The position numbers and the translations under genes are program-made. From assembly GCA_045655325.1 (NCBI GenBank), contig JAZOOY010000062.1, forward strand, positions 12,401-76,400: a stretch of 64,000 nt of DNA. The letters are read 5' to 3'. The notes under the pieces were generated by a model. It was not told where the DNA came from, ran no database searches, and worked only from the letters and a program-made list of their open reading frames with translations. Of this stretch, positions 1-9,357 are shown in pieces. The first letter of the stretch is position 1. Every line of letters starts with the position of its first letter. Source of the DNA: Clostridia bacterium. GTDB taxonomy: Bacteria > Bacillota > Clostridia > UBA1381.

Positions 1-1
1 C

Positions 2-1117
2 AAAAAGAGCGATGTGGTAGATACAGTACTTGACCACTTAATCAAAATCACAGATTACCTGACATCAAATATTGACGATAGAACAAATTGTCTAAAGATT
101 TTGTATGGAGACTGGAACGATGCGGTTAATGGCATTGGTGAGTCACTAGACGGCTCTTCAGAGTTCGGTACAGGTTGTAGCGTTATGGCAACATTGCAAC
201 TTTATAAGCTATTAAAAGAAATGTGCGAACTTTTGGAATGCATTGGCGGATACGATGAAAAGTGCGCTAGCCTTTCAAAGATTCGTGACGAAATTGCAAC
301 AGGTCTTGAAAAGTTTGCGGTTCAACAAGATGGCGACTACCGTATGCTAATCCACGGCTGGGGTGATAAAGGCGCATACACAATCGGAAGCCTTTGCGAT
401 ACTGACGGTCAAAAGAGATATAGCGTAAACCCATATTCCTTCTGGTGTATCAGCGAAATGATTAAGCGTGACCCATCAGTTAAAAAGGATATTATGAAGG
501 CTTACGAAATCCTTGATTCAAAGTACGGAATAATGACATTTGATAAGTTCTTCCCAAGCGATATGAAGGGCGTTGGAAGAATCGCAACCCTGACTCCTGG
601 TACTGCAGAAAACGCAAACGTGTACGTTCATGCAACAACATTTGCGATTATGGCACTATTCATTTTAGGCGAGAGCAAAAAGGCATGGGAGCAAATTTTG
701 AAGTGTCTTCCACTAACTCACGAAAGAGTTACAAAGACCCCATTTGTAATGCCTAACTCATATTGCCGAAATGAAGATTACCAGATTGACGGCGAATCTT
801 TTGGTGACTGGTACACAGGCTCTGGAGCGGTAATTTACAGATGTATTTATGAGTATTCTCTTGGATTACACGTAGAAATCAAGGGAGTAAGAATCGCAAC
901 ACCTGACTATTTGCCAACAGACAACGTAGAAGTTGAAACATACTTTAACGGCAAAAAGGCAAAATTCATTTACAACAATAAAAAGGTGGGCGAGAGAAAG
1001 TATTTCGTTAACGGCGTAGAAAAAGAAACATATATTGACGAAATTTCAGGATATAAGACACTATTTTTAAGTAATGATGAAATTACAGAAGATATGATTA
1101 TTGAAGTAATCGATTAA
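2..1117 (+). CDS. GH94-like glycoside phosphorylase (cellobiose/chitobiose phosphorylase family), C-terminal part; 5' end outside window
   Basis: Frame open from nt 2 to the window edge, so the track start at 14 is an artefact. Carries the GDWND catalytic-loop motif (ILYGDWNDAVNG) and a C-terminal region typical of GH94-type phosphorylases. Confidence 0.6.
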   Translation, partial: KKSDVVDTVLDHLIKITDYLTSNIDDRTNCLKILYGDWNDAVNGIGESLDGSSEFGTGCSVMATLQLYKLLKEMCELLECIGGYDEKCASLSKIRDEIATGLEKFAVQQDGDYRMLIHGWGDKGAYTIGSLCDTDGQKRYSVNPYSFWCISEMIKRDPSVKKDIMKAYEILDSKYGIMTFDKFFPSDMKGVGRIATLTPGTAENANVYVHATTFAIMALFILGESKKAWEQILKCLPLTHERVTKTPFVMPNSYCRNEDYQIDGESFGDWYTGSGAVIYRCIYEYSLGLHVEIKGVRIATPDYLPTDNVEVETYFNGKKAKFIYNNKKVGERKYFVNGVEKETYIDEISGYKTLFLSNDEITEDMIIEVID

Positions 1118-1132
1118 TAGGAGGAATTTATT

Positions 1133-2443
1133 ATGAACAAAGGAAACGTAAAAGCACTTTTACCAATAGGCGTATTCTTAATTTTATATTTGGGACTTGG
1201 TATAGTTTTTGAGTATGCACTTAAAATACCTATGGGATTTTATAATATCCCGATTGTTGTAGCATTTTTAGTTGCACTTTTGGTTGCATGCTTGCAGAAC
1301 AAAGGACTCAACTTTGATAAAAAGCTTGAAATTATGGGAAAAGGCGTAGGGGATAAGAATATCTTTACTATGATTCTTATTTTCCTTGAAGCAGGAATTT
1401 TCGTTGGTGTTGTGGGAAGAGAAAGTGCTGAAAGCGTTGCATATTTTATGCTTTCAATAATTCCTGCCCAGTTTGCGGTAATGGTACTTTTCGTTGTAAG
1501 TTGCTTTGTATCACTTGCAATGGGAACATCTGTTGGAACAATAACACTTTTAACACCAATTGCAGTTGCGGTTTCAAAGGCATCAGGATTTGATATGTCA
1601 CTTTGTGTTGCAACAGTTGTGGGCGGTTCAATGTTTGGCGATAACTTGTCATTCATTTCAGACACAACAATCGCTGCTTGTAACGGACAGGGCTGTGCTA
1701 TGCGAGATAAGTTTAAGGAAAACTTCTTTATCGCACTTCCTGCAGCTATTGCCACAATTATAGTGGTTTTAATAATGTCTTTAAGAAGCGAAATATCTGG
1801 AACAGTTGCAAATGACTATAACCTTGTTCAGATAATTCCATACGTACTTGTTCTAATAGGTGGAATTCTTGGAGTAAATGTTTTCGTAGTGCTTTTGATA
1901 GGTATAATTTCAGGATCTTTGATAATGCTTTTAACAGGAAGTGTTGTTGCAACCGACCTTCTTGCCAACATGGGTGGCGGTGCATCAGGAATGTTTGAAA
2001 CTATTGTGGTTACAATCTTAGTTTCTGCAATCTGTGCCCTCATTCGTGAATATGGCGGATTTGACGCACTTCTTTCCGGAATCAAAAAAGTATTCCGTGG
2101 CAAAAAGGGTGGACAGATTGGTATGGGTGCATTAGTTGGAGTACTTGATATTGCAACTGCAAACAATACCGTTGCAATCGTTATGGCAAACCCTATTGCT
2201 AATGAAATCGCTAAAGATTACGGTATTTCAGGCAGAAAAGCGGCATCAATTCTTGATACATTCTCTTGTGTAGTTCAGGCAATTTTGCCGTATGGTGCAC
2301 AGATGCTTGTAGCACTCACTGCAGTTTCAGAGCTTGGCGGACAGCTTTCAGCTCTTGATATTATACCAAAGCTGTTCTATCCATACTTCTTGCTGATAAG
2401 CTCACTAATCTTTATCGGATTATCAAGAGAAAAGAAAAATTAA
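1133..2443 (+). CDS. NhaC-family Na+/H+ antiporter-like membrane transporter
   Basis: 436-aa polytopic hydrophobic protein. AGGAGG sits 7 nt upstream of the ATG. Overall resemblance to the NhaC family. Confidence 0.55.
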   Translation: MNKGNVKALLPIGVFLILYLGLGIVFEYALKIPMGFYNIPIVVAFLVALLVACLQNKGLNFDKKLEIMGKGVGDKNIFTMILIFLEAGIFVGVVGRESAESVAYFMLSIIPAQFAVMVLFVVSCFVSLAMGTSVGTITLLTPIAVAVSKASGFDMSLCVATVVGGSMFGDNLSFISDTTIAACNGQGCAMRDKFKENFFIALPAAIATIIVVLIMSLRSEISGTVANDYNLVQIIPYVLVLIGGILGVNVFVVLLIGIISGSLIMLLTGSVVATDLLANMGGGASGMFETIVVTILVSAICALIREYGGFDALLSGIKKVFRGKKGGQIGMGALVGVLDIATANNTVAIVMANPIANEIAKDYGISGRKAASILDTFSCVVQAILPYGAQMLVALTAVSELGGQLSALDIIPKLFYPYFLLISSLIFIGLSREKKN

Positions 2444-2456
2444 GGAGAAATTTGAA

Positions 2457-2750
2457 ATGGTAAAACATATTATTTTGTGGACACTAAAAGACGAGTTCAA
2501 TAATGACCAGGTAAAAAAAGATATGAAAGAAAGTCTTGAAGCACTAAAGGGTGTAGTTCCTGGGCTTTTGGAAATCGAAGTACAGATTGAAAAGCTTGAA
2601 TCATCAAACGTTGATGTAATGCTATATTCAGTTTTAGAGAGCGAAGAAGCACTAAAGGGATATGCAGTTCACCCAGCCCACGTTGAAGTTGCTGACACAA
2701 AGGTAAGACCTTTTACAAGCTCAAGATATTGCATTGATTTTGAATGCTAG
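2457..2750 (+). CDS. Dabb (stress-responsive A/B barrel) family protein
   Basis: 97 aa. N-terminus MVKHIILWTLKD and overall length are typical of the Dabb domain. AAGGAG SD. Confidence 0.6.
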   Translation: MVKHIILWTLKDEFNNDQVKKDMKESLEALKGVVPGLLEIEVQIEKLESSNVDVMLYSVLESEEALKGYAVHPAHVEVADTKVRPFTSSRYCIDFEC

Positions 2751-2763
2751 TAAGGAGATAAAA

Positions 2764-3624
2764 ATGTCAATTATAACAATAAAAAATGAAGAACTTACAG
2801 TAGAAATTTCAACACTTGGTGCAGAACTTCAGTCAGTAAAGTGTGCAGGCGAAGAATATCTTTGGAATGGTGACCCTGCGGTTTGGTCAGGACGTGCACC
2901 TGTACTGTTTCCAATCTGTGGTGGCTTAAAGGATGATAAATACACGCTAAACGGCAAGGAGTATACACTACCAAAGCACGGATTCGGAAGAAAGAGCGAA
3001 TTTGCCTTGGAGAGTAAGGAAGAAGATAAGGCAGTGTTTCTTCTAACTTCAACAGAAGAAACAAAAGTAGGCTATCCTTTTGATTTTGAGCTTAGAATAG
3101 GTTATACTTTGGTGGGTAAATCAATCAAAGTTAGCTATGATGTGGCAAACAAATCAGCAGAGGATATGTACTTCTCAATAGGTGCTCACGAAGCATATGC
3201 AACACCTGAGGGTGTTGAAGAATACTACCTGAAGTTTGAGAAGAAGGAAAGACTTACTCATAACATCCTAAAAGGTCCGCTTTTGACAGAAGAATACACA
3301 GTTTTAGGTGAAGATATTGATGAACTTCCATTAAAGAGCGAATACTTTGATATAGATGCTATAACAATGCTTAACCTAAAGTCAAGAAAGGTTTCACTTT
3401 GCAAAAAGGATGAAAGCAAAAAGATTACCGTTGATTTTGACGGCTTTGATTATATGTTTGTCTGGACAAAAGCGGGGAAGAACCAGGGTTACCTATGTCT
3501 TGAACCATGGTGCGGTATTCCTGATTTTGAGGGCTCATCTTATGACATTACCGAAAAGAAAGGCATCAATAAATTAGAGCCTGAAAAGACATTCAATAGA
3601 GTACATACTATAACAATAGAATAA
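2764..3624 (+). CDS. aldose 1-epimerase family protein (LacX/GalM-like)
   Basis: Start moved to ATG 2764, behind AAGGAG at 2752. About 286 aa of beta-sandwich-type sequence resembling LacX-like mutarotases. Confidence 0.6.
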   Translation: MSIITIKNEELTVEISTLGAELQSVKCAGEEYLWNGDPAVWSGRAPVLFPICGGLKDDKYTLNGKEYTLPKHGFGRKSEFALESKEEDKAVFLLTSTEETKVGYPFDFELRIGYTLVGKSIKVSYDVANKSAEDMYFSIGAHEAYATPEGVEEYYLKFEKKERLTHNILKGPLLTEEYTVLGEDIDELPLKSEYFDIDAITMLNLKSRKVSLCKKDESKKITVDFDGFDYMFVWTKAGKNQGYLCLEPWCGIPDFEGSSYDITEKKGINKLEPEKTFNRVHTITIE

Positions 3625-3660
3625 TAAAAAAAGCAGAACGAATTTCGTTCTGCTTTCTTT
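3625..3660. terminator. bidirectional intrinsic terminator between convergent genes
   Basis: Hairpin AGCAGAACG-AATTT-CGTTCTGCT (3632-3654), flanked by an A-run upstream and a T-rich tract downstream. Confidence 0.8.
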
Positions 3661-3661
3661 A

Positions 3662-4810
3662 TTATGCAAGTTCATTTGCTAAAGCTTCTAGCTGTTTCAT
3701 ATTTTCATCATCCACGCTGGATAAAATCTTAACTGTATTCTCACAGTAAGTCATGTTCTTGCACTTTTCAAGTTTTGCCATCATATTTTTTGTGGCCATT
3801 GGTGCCCAGCTTCCGTTCTCAATAAATGCAACTGTTCTGTTTTGATAGCTATGCTCTGCAAGATGTGTTAAGAAAGTATCCATAAACGGGAAGATACCTC
3901 CGTTATATGTTGTGGTTGCAAGAACAAGTTTATTATACTTGAATGCATCTTCTACAGCTTCTGACATATCATCACGGGCTAAATCGAAAACTGAAACCTT
4001 AACACCTTTTTCCTTTAGGATATTTTCCAAAATTGAAACTGCATTCTTTGTGTTTCCGTAAACTGATGTGTATGCAATTGTAACGCCTTCTGCTTCTGCC
4101 TGATAGCTTGTCCAGGTGTTGTAAAGGTCAAGGTAGTATCCAAGGTTATCAAATAGCTGTGGACCGTGTAGTGGCAAAATTGCCTTTATTTCAAGACCTG
4201 CTGCTTTTTTAAGAAGTGCCTGTGCCTGTGCGCCGAACTTTCCTACAATACCGAAGTAGTATCTTCTTGCTTCACAAGCCCAATCTTCGTCAACATCCAA
4301 AGCACCGAATTTGCCGAATGCATCGGCAGAGAATAACACCTTGTCTAAATCGTCATAAGTAATGATAACTTCAGGCCAGTGCACCATTGGTGCAGTTACA
4401 AAAGTCAAGGTGCGATTGCCAAGTGATAAGGTATCGCCCTCTTTTACAACTATGCGGTTATCCGCATAATCTGTGCCGAAAAAGTTCTTCATCATATCAA
4501 AAGCCTTTCCTGATGCCACAATCTTTGCATCAGGGTATTCCTTAACAAAGTTATGGATGTTTGCAGAATGGTCAGGTTCCATATGCTGAACGATTAAATA
4601 GTCAGGAGCTTTGCCGTCCAAAGCAGTTTTAATGTTTAAAAGCCACTCATCACCGAAGTTCTTATCAACAGTATCAAAGATGGCGATTTTTTCGTCTATA
4701 ACAGCATAGGAGTTATAAGCCATACCGTTTGGTACAGGGTACTGACCTTCAAAAAGGTCAATCTGGTGGTCATTAACACCGATGTATTTAATGTTCGTAA
4801 GATTTTTCAT
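3662..4810 (-). CDS. FprA-type flavodiiron protein (metallo-beta-lactamase plus flavodoxin domains)
   Basis: Motif HMEPDHS (H-x-E-x-D-H di-iron site). N-terminus IGVNDHQIDLFEGQYPVPNGMAYNSY is typical of A-type flavoproteins. C-terminal flavodoxin-like part. Confidence 0.75.
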   Translation of the reverse strand: MKNLTNIKYIGVNDHQIDLFEGQYPVPNGMAYNSYAVIDEKIAIFDTVDKNFGDEWLLNIKTALDGKAPDYLIVQHMEPDHSANIHNFVKEYPDAKIVASGKAFDMMKNFFGTDYADNRIVVKEGDTLSLGNRTLTFVTAPMVHWPEVIITYDDLDKVLFSADAFGKFGALDVDEDWACEARRYYFGIVGKFGAQAQALLKKAAGLEIKAILPLHGPQLFDNLGYYLDLYNTWTSYQAEAEGVTIAYTSVYGNTKNAVSILENILKEKGVKVSVFDLARDDMSEAVEDAFKYNKLVLATTTYNGGIFPFMDTFLTHLAEHSYQNRTVAFIENGSWAPMATKNMMAKLEKCKNMTYCENTVKILSSVDDENMKQLEALANELA

Positions 4811-4827
4811 TTTAATTTATCCTTTCC

Positions 4828-5373
4828 TTATTCTTCATCTCCCATAATGGAAGATAGTATTTCACCATAAACCTTTTCAGGATTTGCTTTAAAGTTACGT
4901 ATTATGGCAGCTGCCGTCTGGCGACTACCTGCATAAAACGAAAGCTCCATCAAAGGGGATATGCTCTCATAAAGCCCAAGCTCTACGTTGTATTCATTTT
5001 CGTTTAGTGGCACAAGCTTTGCCTTAACACTCTTTTTAAGCTTTTCTTCTCTAAAAAACGGTTCAATATGTCCCTCAATCTGTTCTCTTATATAAACAGG
5101 AATCTGATGTGCAAAAAATGTGTTTGCTTCTTCTCCTTTATCTGTAAGCTCATAGATTGGCATATTCTCGTCAATAGTATTTGGAAGAATCTGCACATAT
5201 CCAATTTGAACAAGATTGTCAAGAGCAATCTGGAAATTGGCAAAATTTATATTACACTTATCAAGGGTCAGACAGGTCAGCTGTGAATGTGTAACCTTTC
5301 TTTCCGCTTTTTGCAAAGTAAAAAGAATTATATATTGTATTGTAACAGGGTCATCGACCTCTCGCATATACAT
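4828..5373 (-). CDS. DUF4364-family protein (winged-helix-like)
   Basis: Start moved to ATG 5373, with GGAGG 8 nt upstream. Sequence pattern resembles clostridial DUF4364 proteins. Probably co-transcribed with the flavodiiron gene. Confidence 0.5.
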   Translation of the reverse strand: MYMREVDDPVTIQYIILFTLQKAERKVTHSQLTCLTLDKCNINFANFQIALDNLVQIGYVQILPNTIDENMPIYELTDKGEEANTFFAHQIPVYIREQIEGHIEPFFREEKLKKSVKAKLVPLNENEYNVELGLYESISPLMELSFYAGSRQTAAAIIRNFKANPEKVYGEILSSIMGDEE

Positions 5374-5479
5374 ATAAAAAACCTCCGTAAAATTTAACAA
5401 AACAAAATACAAATTTATTATAGCATATTTTTTCAGAAAATGATATAATAATTATAAAAAAATTTTAAGGAGATAAAAA

Positions 5480-6127
5480 ATGGCAAAACTAACACCGGAA
5501 GAAGAGAAAAAAAGACAGGAAGCTTTATGGGAAATAGAGAATAATCTAAAGGAAAAAGGCTTTAAATACATAGCTGGTGTAGACGAAGCGGGAAGAGGAC
5601 CATTGGCAGGCCCTGTGTATGCTGCAGCAGTGATTTTGCCGGATGGTGCAGAGCTTTCAGGGATAAACGATTCAAAAAAACTTACACCAAAAAAACGTGA
5701 AGAACTTTTTGACAAGATAACCGAGATTGCAATAAGCTATGCTATATTTTCAGTAGACGAAAAGGAAATTGATGAAATAAATATTTTAAATGCAACCCAT
5801 AAGGCAATGAACGGAGCGGTAAATACTCTTGCCCAAAAGCCTGATTACGTCATAATTGACGGAAACAGCATCAAGGGAATGGAAATAGCACACGAAACCG
5901 TAGTAAAAGGCGATGCAAAAAGCATTTCTATTGCGGCGGCATCAATCCTTGCAAAGGTAGCCCGTGACAGATACATAGACGAAATGGGTAAGGTGTACCC
6001 TGAATACGGTTTTGAAAATCACAAAGGCTATGGCACAAAGGCACACACCGATGCCATCTTAAAATACGGCGTATGCCCGATTCACAGAAGAACATTTTTG
6101 AAAAAATTATTGGGAGAAAACAAATGA
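5480..6127 (+). CDS. rnhB: ribonuclease HII
   Basis: GVDEAGRGPLAGPV active-site motif. Length 215 aa. AAGGAG SD. Confidence 0.9.
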   Translation: MAKLTPEEEKKRQEALWEIENNLKEKGFKYIAGVDEAGRGPLAGPVYAAAVILPDGAELSGINDSKKLTPKKREELFDKITEIAISYAIFSVDEKEIDEINILNATHKAMNGAVNTLAQKPDYVIIDGNSIKGMEIAHETVVKGDAKSISIAAASILAKVARDRYIDEMGKVYPEYGFENHKGYGTKAHTDAILKYGVCPIHRRTFLKKLLGENK

Positions 6128-6480
6128 CCACAAAAGAAATAGGTGATTTTGGTGAAAATATGGCCTGCTCATATCTTGAAGAGCAGGGAATAACAGTTCT
6201 AAAAAGGAACTTCCACTCAAGGTGCGGTGAGATTGATATAATTGCAAAGGACGGCGAGACTATCGTTTTTCTTGAGGTAAAAACAAGACTTTCAAAGGAC
6301 TATGGCACGCCGTCAGAGTTTGTTGACTTTAGGAAACAGGAAAAGATTATACAAACAGCGCTATACTATCTTGGAAATGACGATACAGATATGCGCTTTG
6401 ACGTAATTGAAGTTATGTATAAGTTTTCCGGCGATGTTATGGTGGTAACAGAAATAAATCATATAAAATCAGCCTTTTAA
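6124..6480 (+). CDS. yraN: YraN family (UPF0102) endonuclease-like protein
   Basis: Start at ATG 6124 forms an ATGA overlap with the rnhB stop. N-terminus KEIGDFGENMACSYLEEQG and the conserved rnhB-yraN gene order. Confidence 0.75.
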   Translation: MTTKEIGDFGENMACSYLEEQGITVLKRNFHSRCGEIDIIAKDGETIVFLEVKTRLSKDYGTPSEFVDFRKQEKIIQTALYYLGNDDTDMRFDVIEVMYKFSGDVMVVTEINHIKSAF

Positions 6481-6489
6481 GGAGAGTTT

Positions 6490-7383
6490 ATGAAAATTTT
6501 TGACGCCCACGCAGATACTGCGTCAAAGCTTTTGGACGAAAACAAAAGCCTTTTTGAAAATGATTTACAGATAGACTTAAAGCGTCTTTCAAAAAACGAA
6601 AGTGTTCAGGTTTTTGCAAGCTTTATTGATCCATTATATAAAGATTGTGGCAAAGACAGGTTTAATGCCATAATAGATAACTTCTACAAAGAAGCTGAAA
6701 AGAACAAAATTGTCATCTGCAAAAGATATGATGATATATGCAATAGAAAGGGCAGGGTAAAGGCTATTTTAAGTCTTGAAGGCGGTGAGCCAATCGAAAC
6801 CCTTACTGATTTAGACTACATAAAAAGCCGTGGAGTCTTAATGATTGCACCAACCTGGAATTATAAAAACCAGCTGGGATGCGGGGTTTTGGAAAAGGAA
6901 GACACAGGCCTTACCGAGTTCGGGAAAAAGGTGATGCGTCGTATGAACGATTTGGGGATTTTAATTGACGTATCTCATTTAAGTGAAAAGTCCTTTTGGG
7001 ATGTTGCAGAAATTTCAACAAAACCAATTTGTGCAAGCCATTCCAATTCCAAATCGGTTAAAGATAATAAGAGAAATTTAACAGACCAACAATTCATCAG
7101 AATAAGAGATATGAACGGTTGTGTTGGTATAAATTTTTATCCGCCGTTTTTGGGTGATGATATAAAATGTGTAATTGACCATATTGACAGATTCTTAAGC
7201 CTTGGCGGGGAGAATAACATAGGCATAGGCAGTGACTTTGATGGTGTTGATTATCTCCCAAAAGGGGTTACAGGATGTCAGGATATGGAAAAAGTGATAA
7301 AAATGCTTCCATATTCTGAAGAAATTCGTAAGAAGATAGCCTATAAGAACTTTTTAAGGGTATTAAAAGAACAGAATTGTTGA
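6490..7383 (+). CDS. membrane dipeptidase (peptidase family M19)
   Basis: Motifs IFDAHADT, DVSHLSEKS, ASHSNS and GSDFDG are typical of renal-dipeptidase-family zinc peptidases. Confidence 0.75.
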   Translation: MKIFDAHADTASKLLDENKSLFENDLQIDLKRLSKNESVQVFASFIDPLYKDCGKDRFNAIIDNFYKEAEKNKIVICKRYDDICNRKGRVKAILSLEGGEPIETLTDLDYIKSRGVLMIAPTWNYKNQLGCGVLEKEDTGLTEFGKKVMRRMNDLGILIDVSHLSEKSFWDVAEISTKPICASHSNSKSVKDNKRNLTDQQFIRIRDMNGCVGINFYPPFLGDDIKCVIDHIDRFLSLGGENNIGIGSDFDGVDYLPKGVTGCQDMEKVIKMLPYSEEIRKKIAYKNFLRVLKEQNC

Positions 7384-7455
7384 TTTTGTATATTTATATG
7401 TTGTAATAAAACAATATTTTGTACAAGAAATTTTGAAATTTTTATCATATAAATA

Positions 7456-7484
7456 TTGCATTTTTGAATAAAAAGTGGTATAAT
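7456..7484 (+). promoter_or_regulatory. sigma-A-type promoter upstream of the aminotransferase gene
   Basis: TTGCAT, 17 nt spacer, TATAAT, with an extended -10 TGG. Confidence 0.5.
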
Positions 7485-7547
7485 AGGTCCAATATGTATA
7501 AAAAAATGAAATTTTGGCGAGGTCAAAAATTCAAAATGGAGGCAATT

Positions 7548-8738
7548 ATGGTTTCAAAAAAGGCAGCGGGTATTTCCCCATCACCAACACTTGCAATTGA
7601 TGCAAAGTTTAAAGAAATGAAAGCAAACGGCGAGGATGTAGTAGGATTCGGCTGTGGTGAGCCGGATTTCGACACACCTGAACATATAAAAAAGGCGGCT
7701 ATTGACGCTATTATGAACGGCGAAACAAAGTACACACCGGCAGCGGGTACTCTAAAGCTTCGACAGGCAGTTGCTAATAAATTCAAGAATGAAAACGGAC
7801 TTGACTACACTCCGGCGCAAATCGTTGTATCAAACGGTGCAAAGCACTCACTGGTTAACGCATTTATGGCAATCTGTAACCCTGGTGATGAAGTAATCAT
7901 CCCTGCACCATATTGGGTAAGCTACCCTGAAATGGTAAAACTTGCAGACGGCGTTCCTGTAGTTGTTAATGCATCAGCAGAAAACAACTTCAAAGTAACA
8001 GTAGACGAACTTCGCAAAGCTACTAACGATAAAACAAAGGCGATTGTTCTAAACAGTCCATCAAACCCAACAGGTATGGTTTATACAGAAGAAGAACTTC
8101 GTGAAATCGCAGATTTTGCAGTAGAGAAGAATCTTTACGTAGTTTCAGACGAAATCTACGAGCATCTGATATATGAAGGAAAGCACGTTAGTATAGCATC
8201 ATTTAACGAAAAGATTAAAGATCTTACAATTGTAATCAACGGCGTTTCAAAAACATTCGCTATGACAGGTTGGAGAATCGGCTATGCCGCTGCAAATCCT
8301 GAAATTGCAAAGGCGATGGCAAACCTTCAGTCACATGCAGCTTCAAACCCTAACTCAATTGCACAGGCAGCAACAATTGCAGCGCTTGAGGGTGGAATGG
8401 CTGAAGTTGATGCAATGCGTAAGCAGTTTATGCGTCGCCGTGACTTTATGGTGGAAATGTTCAACAGTATTGATGGTGTTTCCTGCAAGCGCCCAAACGG
8501 TGCATTCTATATTATGATGAACATTGATGACCTTTTAGGTCGTGAAATGTACGGCGTTACAATTAATGACGCCGACGATTTTGCAAAGCTATTTTTGGAT
8601 GTTGCAAAGGTTGCAGTTGTTCCTGGAACAGGCTTTGGTGTTAACAATTATGTAAGATGGTCATATGCAACAAGCATGGATAACATTGTTGAAGGTATTG
8701 AACGTCTTAAAAAGTTTTTGCGAGCTGCAGAAATTTAA
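7548..8738 (+). CDS. class I pyridoxal-phosphate aminotransferase (aspartate aminotransferase-like)
   Basis: Start moved to ATG 7548 behind GGAGG. Motifs SNGAKHS, NSPSNPTG and SKTFAMTGWRIGY (PLP lysine). Confidence 0.8.
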   Translation: MVSKKAAGISPSPTLAIDAKFKEMKANGEDVVGFGCGEPDFDTPEHIKKAAIDAIMNGETKYTPAAGTLKLRQAVANKFKNENGLDYTPAQIVVSNGAKHSLVNAFMAICNPGDEVIIPAPYWVSYPEMVKLADGVPVVVNASAENNFKVTVDELRKATNDKTKAIVLNSPSNPTGMVYTEEELREIADFAVEKNLYVVSDEIYEHLIYEGKHVSIASFNEKIKDLTIVINGVSKTFAMTGWRIGYAAANPEIAKAMANLQSHAASNPNSIAQAATIAALEGGMAEVDAMRKQFMRRRDFMVEMFNSIDGVSCKRPNGAFYIMMNIDDLLGREMYGVTINDADDFAKLFLDVAKVAVVPGTGFGVNNYVRWSYATSMDNIVEGIERLKKFLRAAEI

Positions 8739-8752
8739 GTTTAGCGGAATTT

Positions 8753-8805
8753 AAAATCCTCTTTGTGCATAGTATGTACTACTATGTACAAAAGGGGATT
8801 TTTTT
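8753..8805 (+). terminator. long imperfect hairpin plus T-run after the aminotransferase gene; its 3' arm contains the spoIIM SD
   Basis: Inner stem CATAGTA-TGTAC-TACTATG extends outward to AAAATCC / GGGGATTTT with one bulge. It is followed by TTTTTTT that ends at the spoIIM ATG (8806). Confidence 0.6.
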
Positions 8806-9357
8806 ATGAGAAATTTTAAAAGGATAGTGTTTTTGACATTTCTGCTTTTATATGGGCTAGGAGTTTGTATAGGAAGCACAAGACAGGTTTTAGTAGATAA
8901 TCAGAGCGGTATGTATGAATATTTAGAAGGTGCAGTTTCGGGATATGACGTTGGTGCGAAGGAAAGCGTAAAAAGTATTCTAAAAGATAATATGAAGCTT
9001 TTCTTATGCCTTTTGGTTGGTGGCTTTTTTGTTGTGGGTCCTGTGGTGCTTGGCACAGTAATGGTTATAAAGGGATATTCAACGGGTTTTGCCATAACTG
9101 CAGTTCTTCGGCTTTTTGGTATGCGAGGACTGGTTTTTTGCCTTGCAAATCTTATATCCGCTATAATTGTGGTACCTACGCTATGTTGGTATTCCTGCAA
9201 GACGGTAGAAAACATAAAAGAGATGCGATATGACAGAAATGAGTTTTTAAAGAGATTTTTTTTACTTGCAATATTTATTTTAATTGTCCTTATAATCGAT
9301 AGCGGAACAAGAGGGTATTTGTCGGCAGTATTAATGAAAATTGGAACTAACAGGTAG
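8806..9357 (+). CDS. spoIIM: stage II sporulation protein M
   Basis: 183-aa multi-TM protein with the SpoIIM-like pattern. Located next to xerD, as in other Firmicutes. Confidence 0.6.
   Translation: MRNFKRIVFLTFLLLYGLGVCIGSTRQVLVDNQSGMYEYLEGAVSGYDVGAKESVKSILKDNMKLFLCLLVGGFFVVGPVVLGTVMVIKGYSTGFAITAVLRLFGMRGLVFCLANLISAIIVVPTLCWYSCKTVENIKEMRYDRNEFLKRFFLLAIFILIVLIIDSGTRGYLSAVLMKIGTNR

Noticed and set aside
1240-2166. Several antisense or alternative-frame ORFs inside the NhaC gene (1240-1755, 1446-1652, 1758-1985, 1828-2166). Similar shadow ORFs occur elsewhere, for example 14288-14773, 17277-17624, 18646-18978, 39315-39716 and 48819-49241.
   Set aside because: They lie entirely within strongly supported genes on the other strand or frame. 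They lack SD sequences and have low-complexity or compositionally odd translations, typical of shadow ORFs.
7464-7547. N-terminal extensions proposed by the ORF track for many genes, including aminotransferase 7464, xpt 13017, wecB 20119, malQ 24615, ribF 44335, yraN 6073, aldose epimerase 2734, AraC 51374 and lipoprotein 58290.
   Set aside because: Internal start codons are preceded by good SD sequences at 6-10 nt and give N-termini matching the known families. The extensions overlap promoters or upstream genes.
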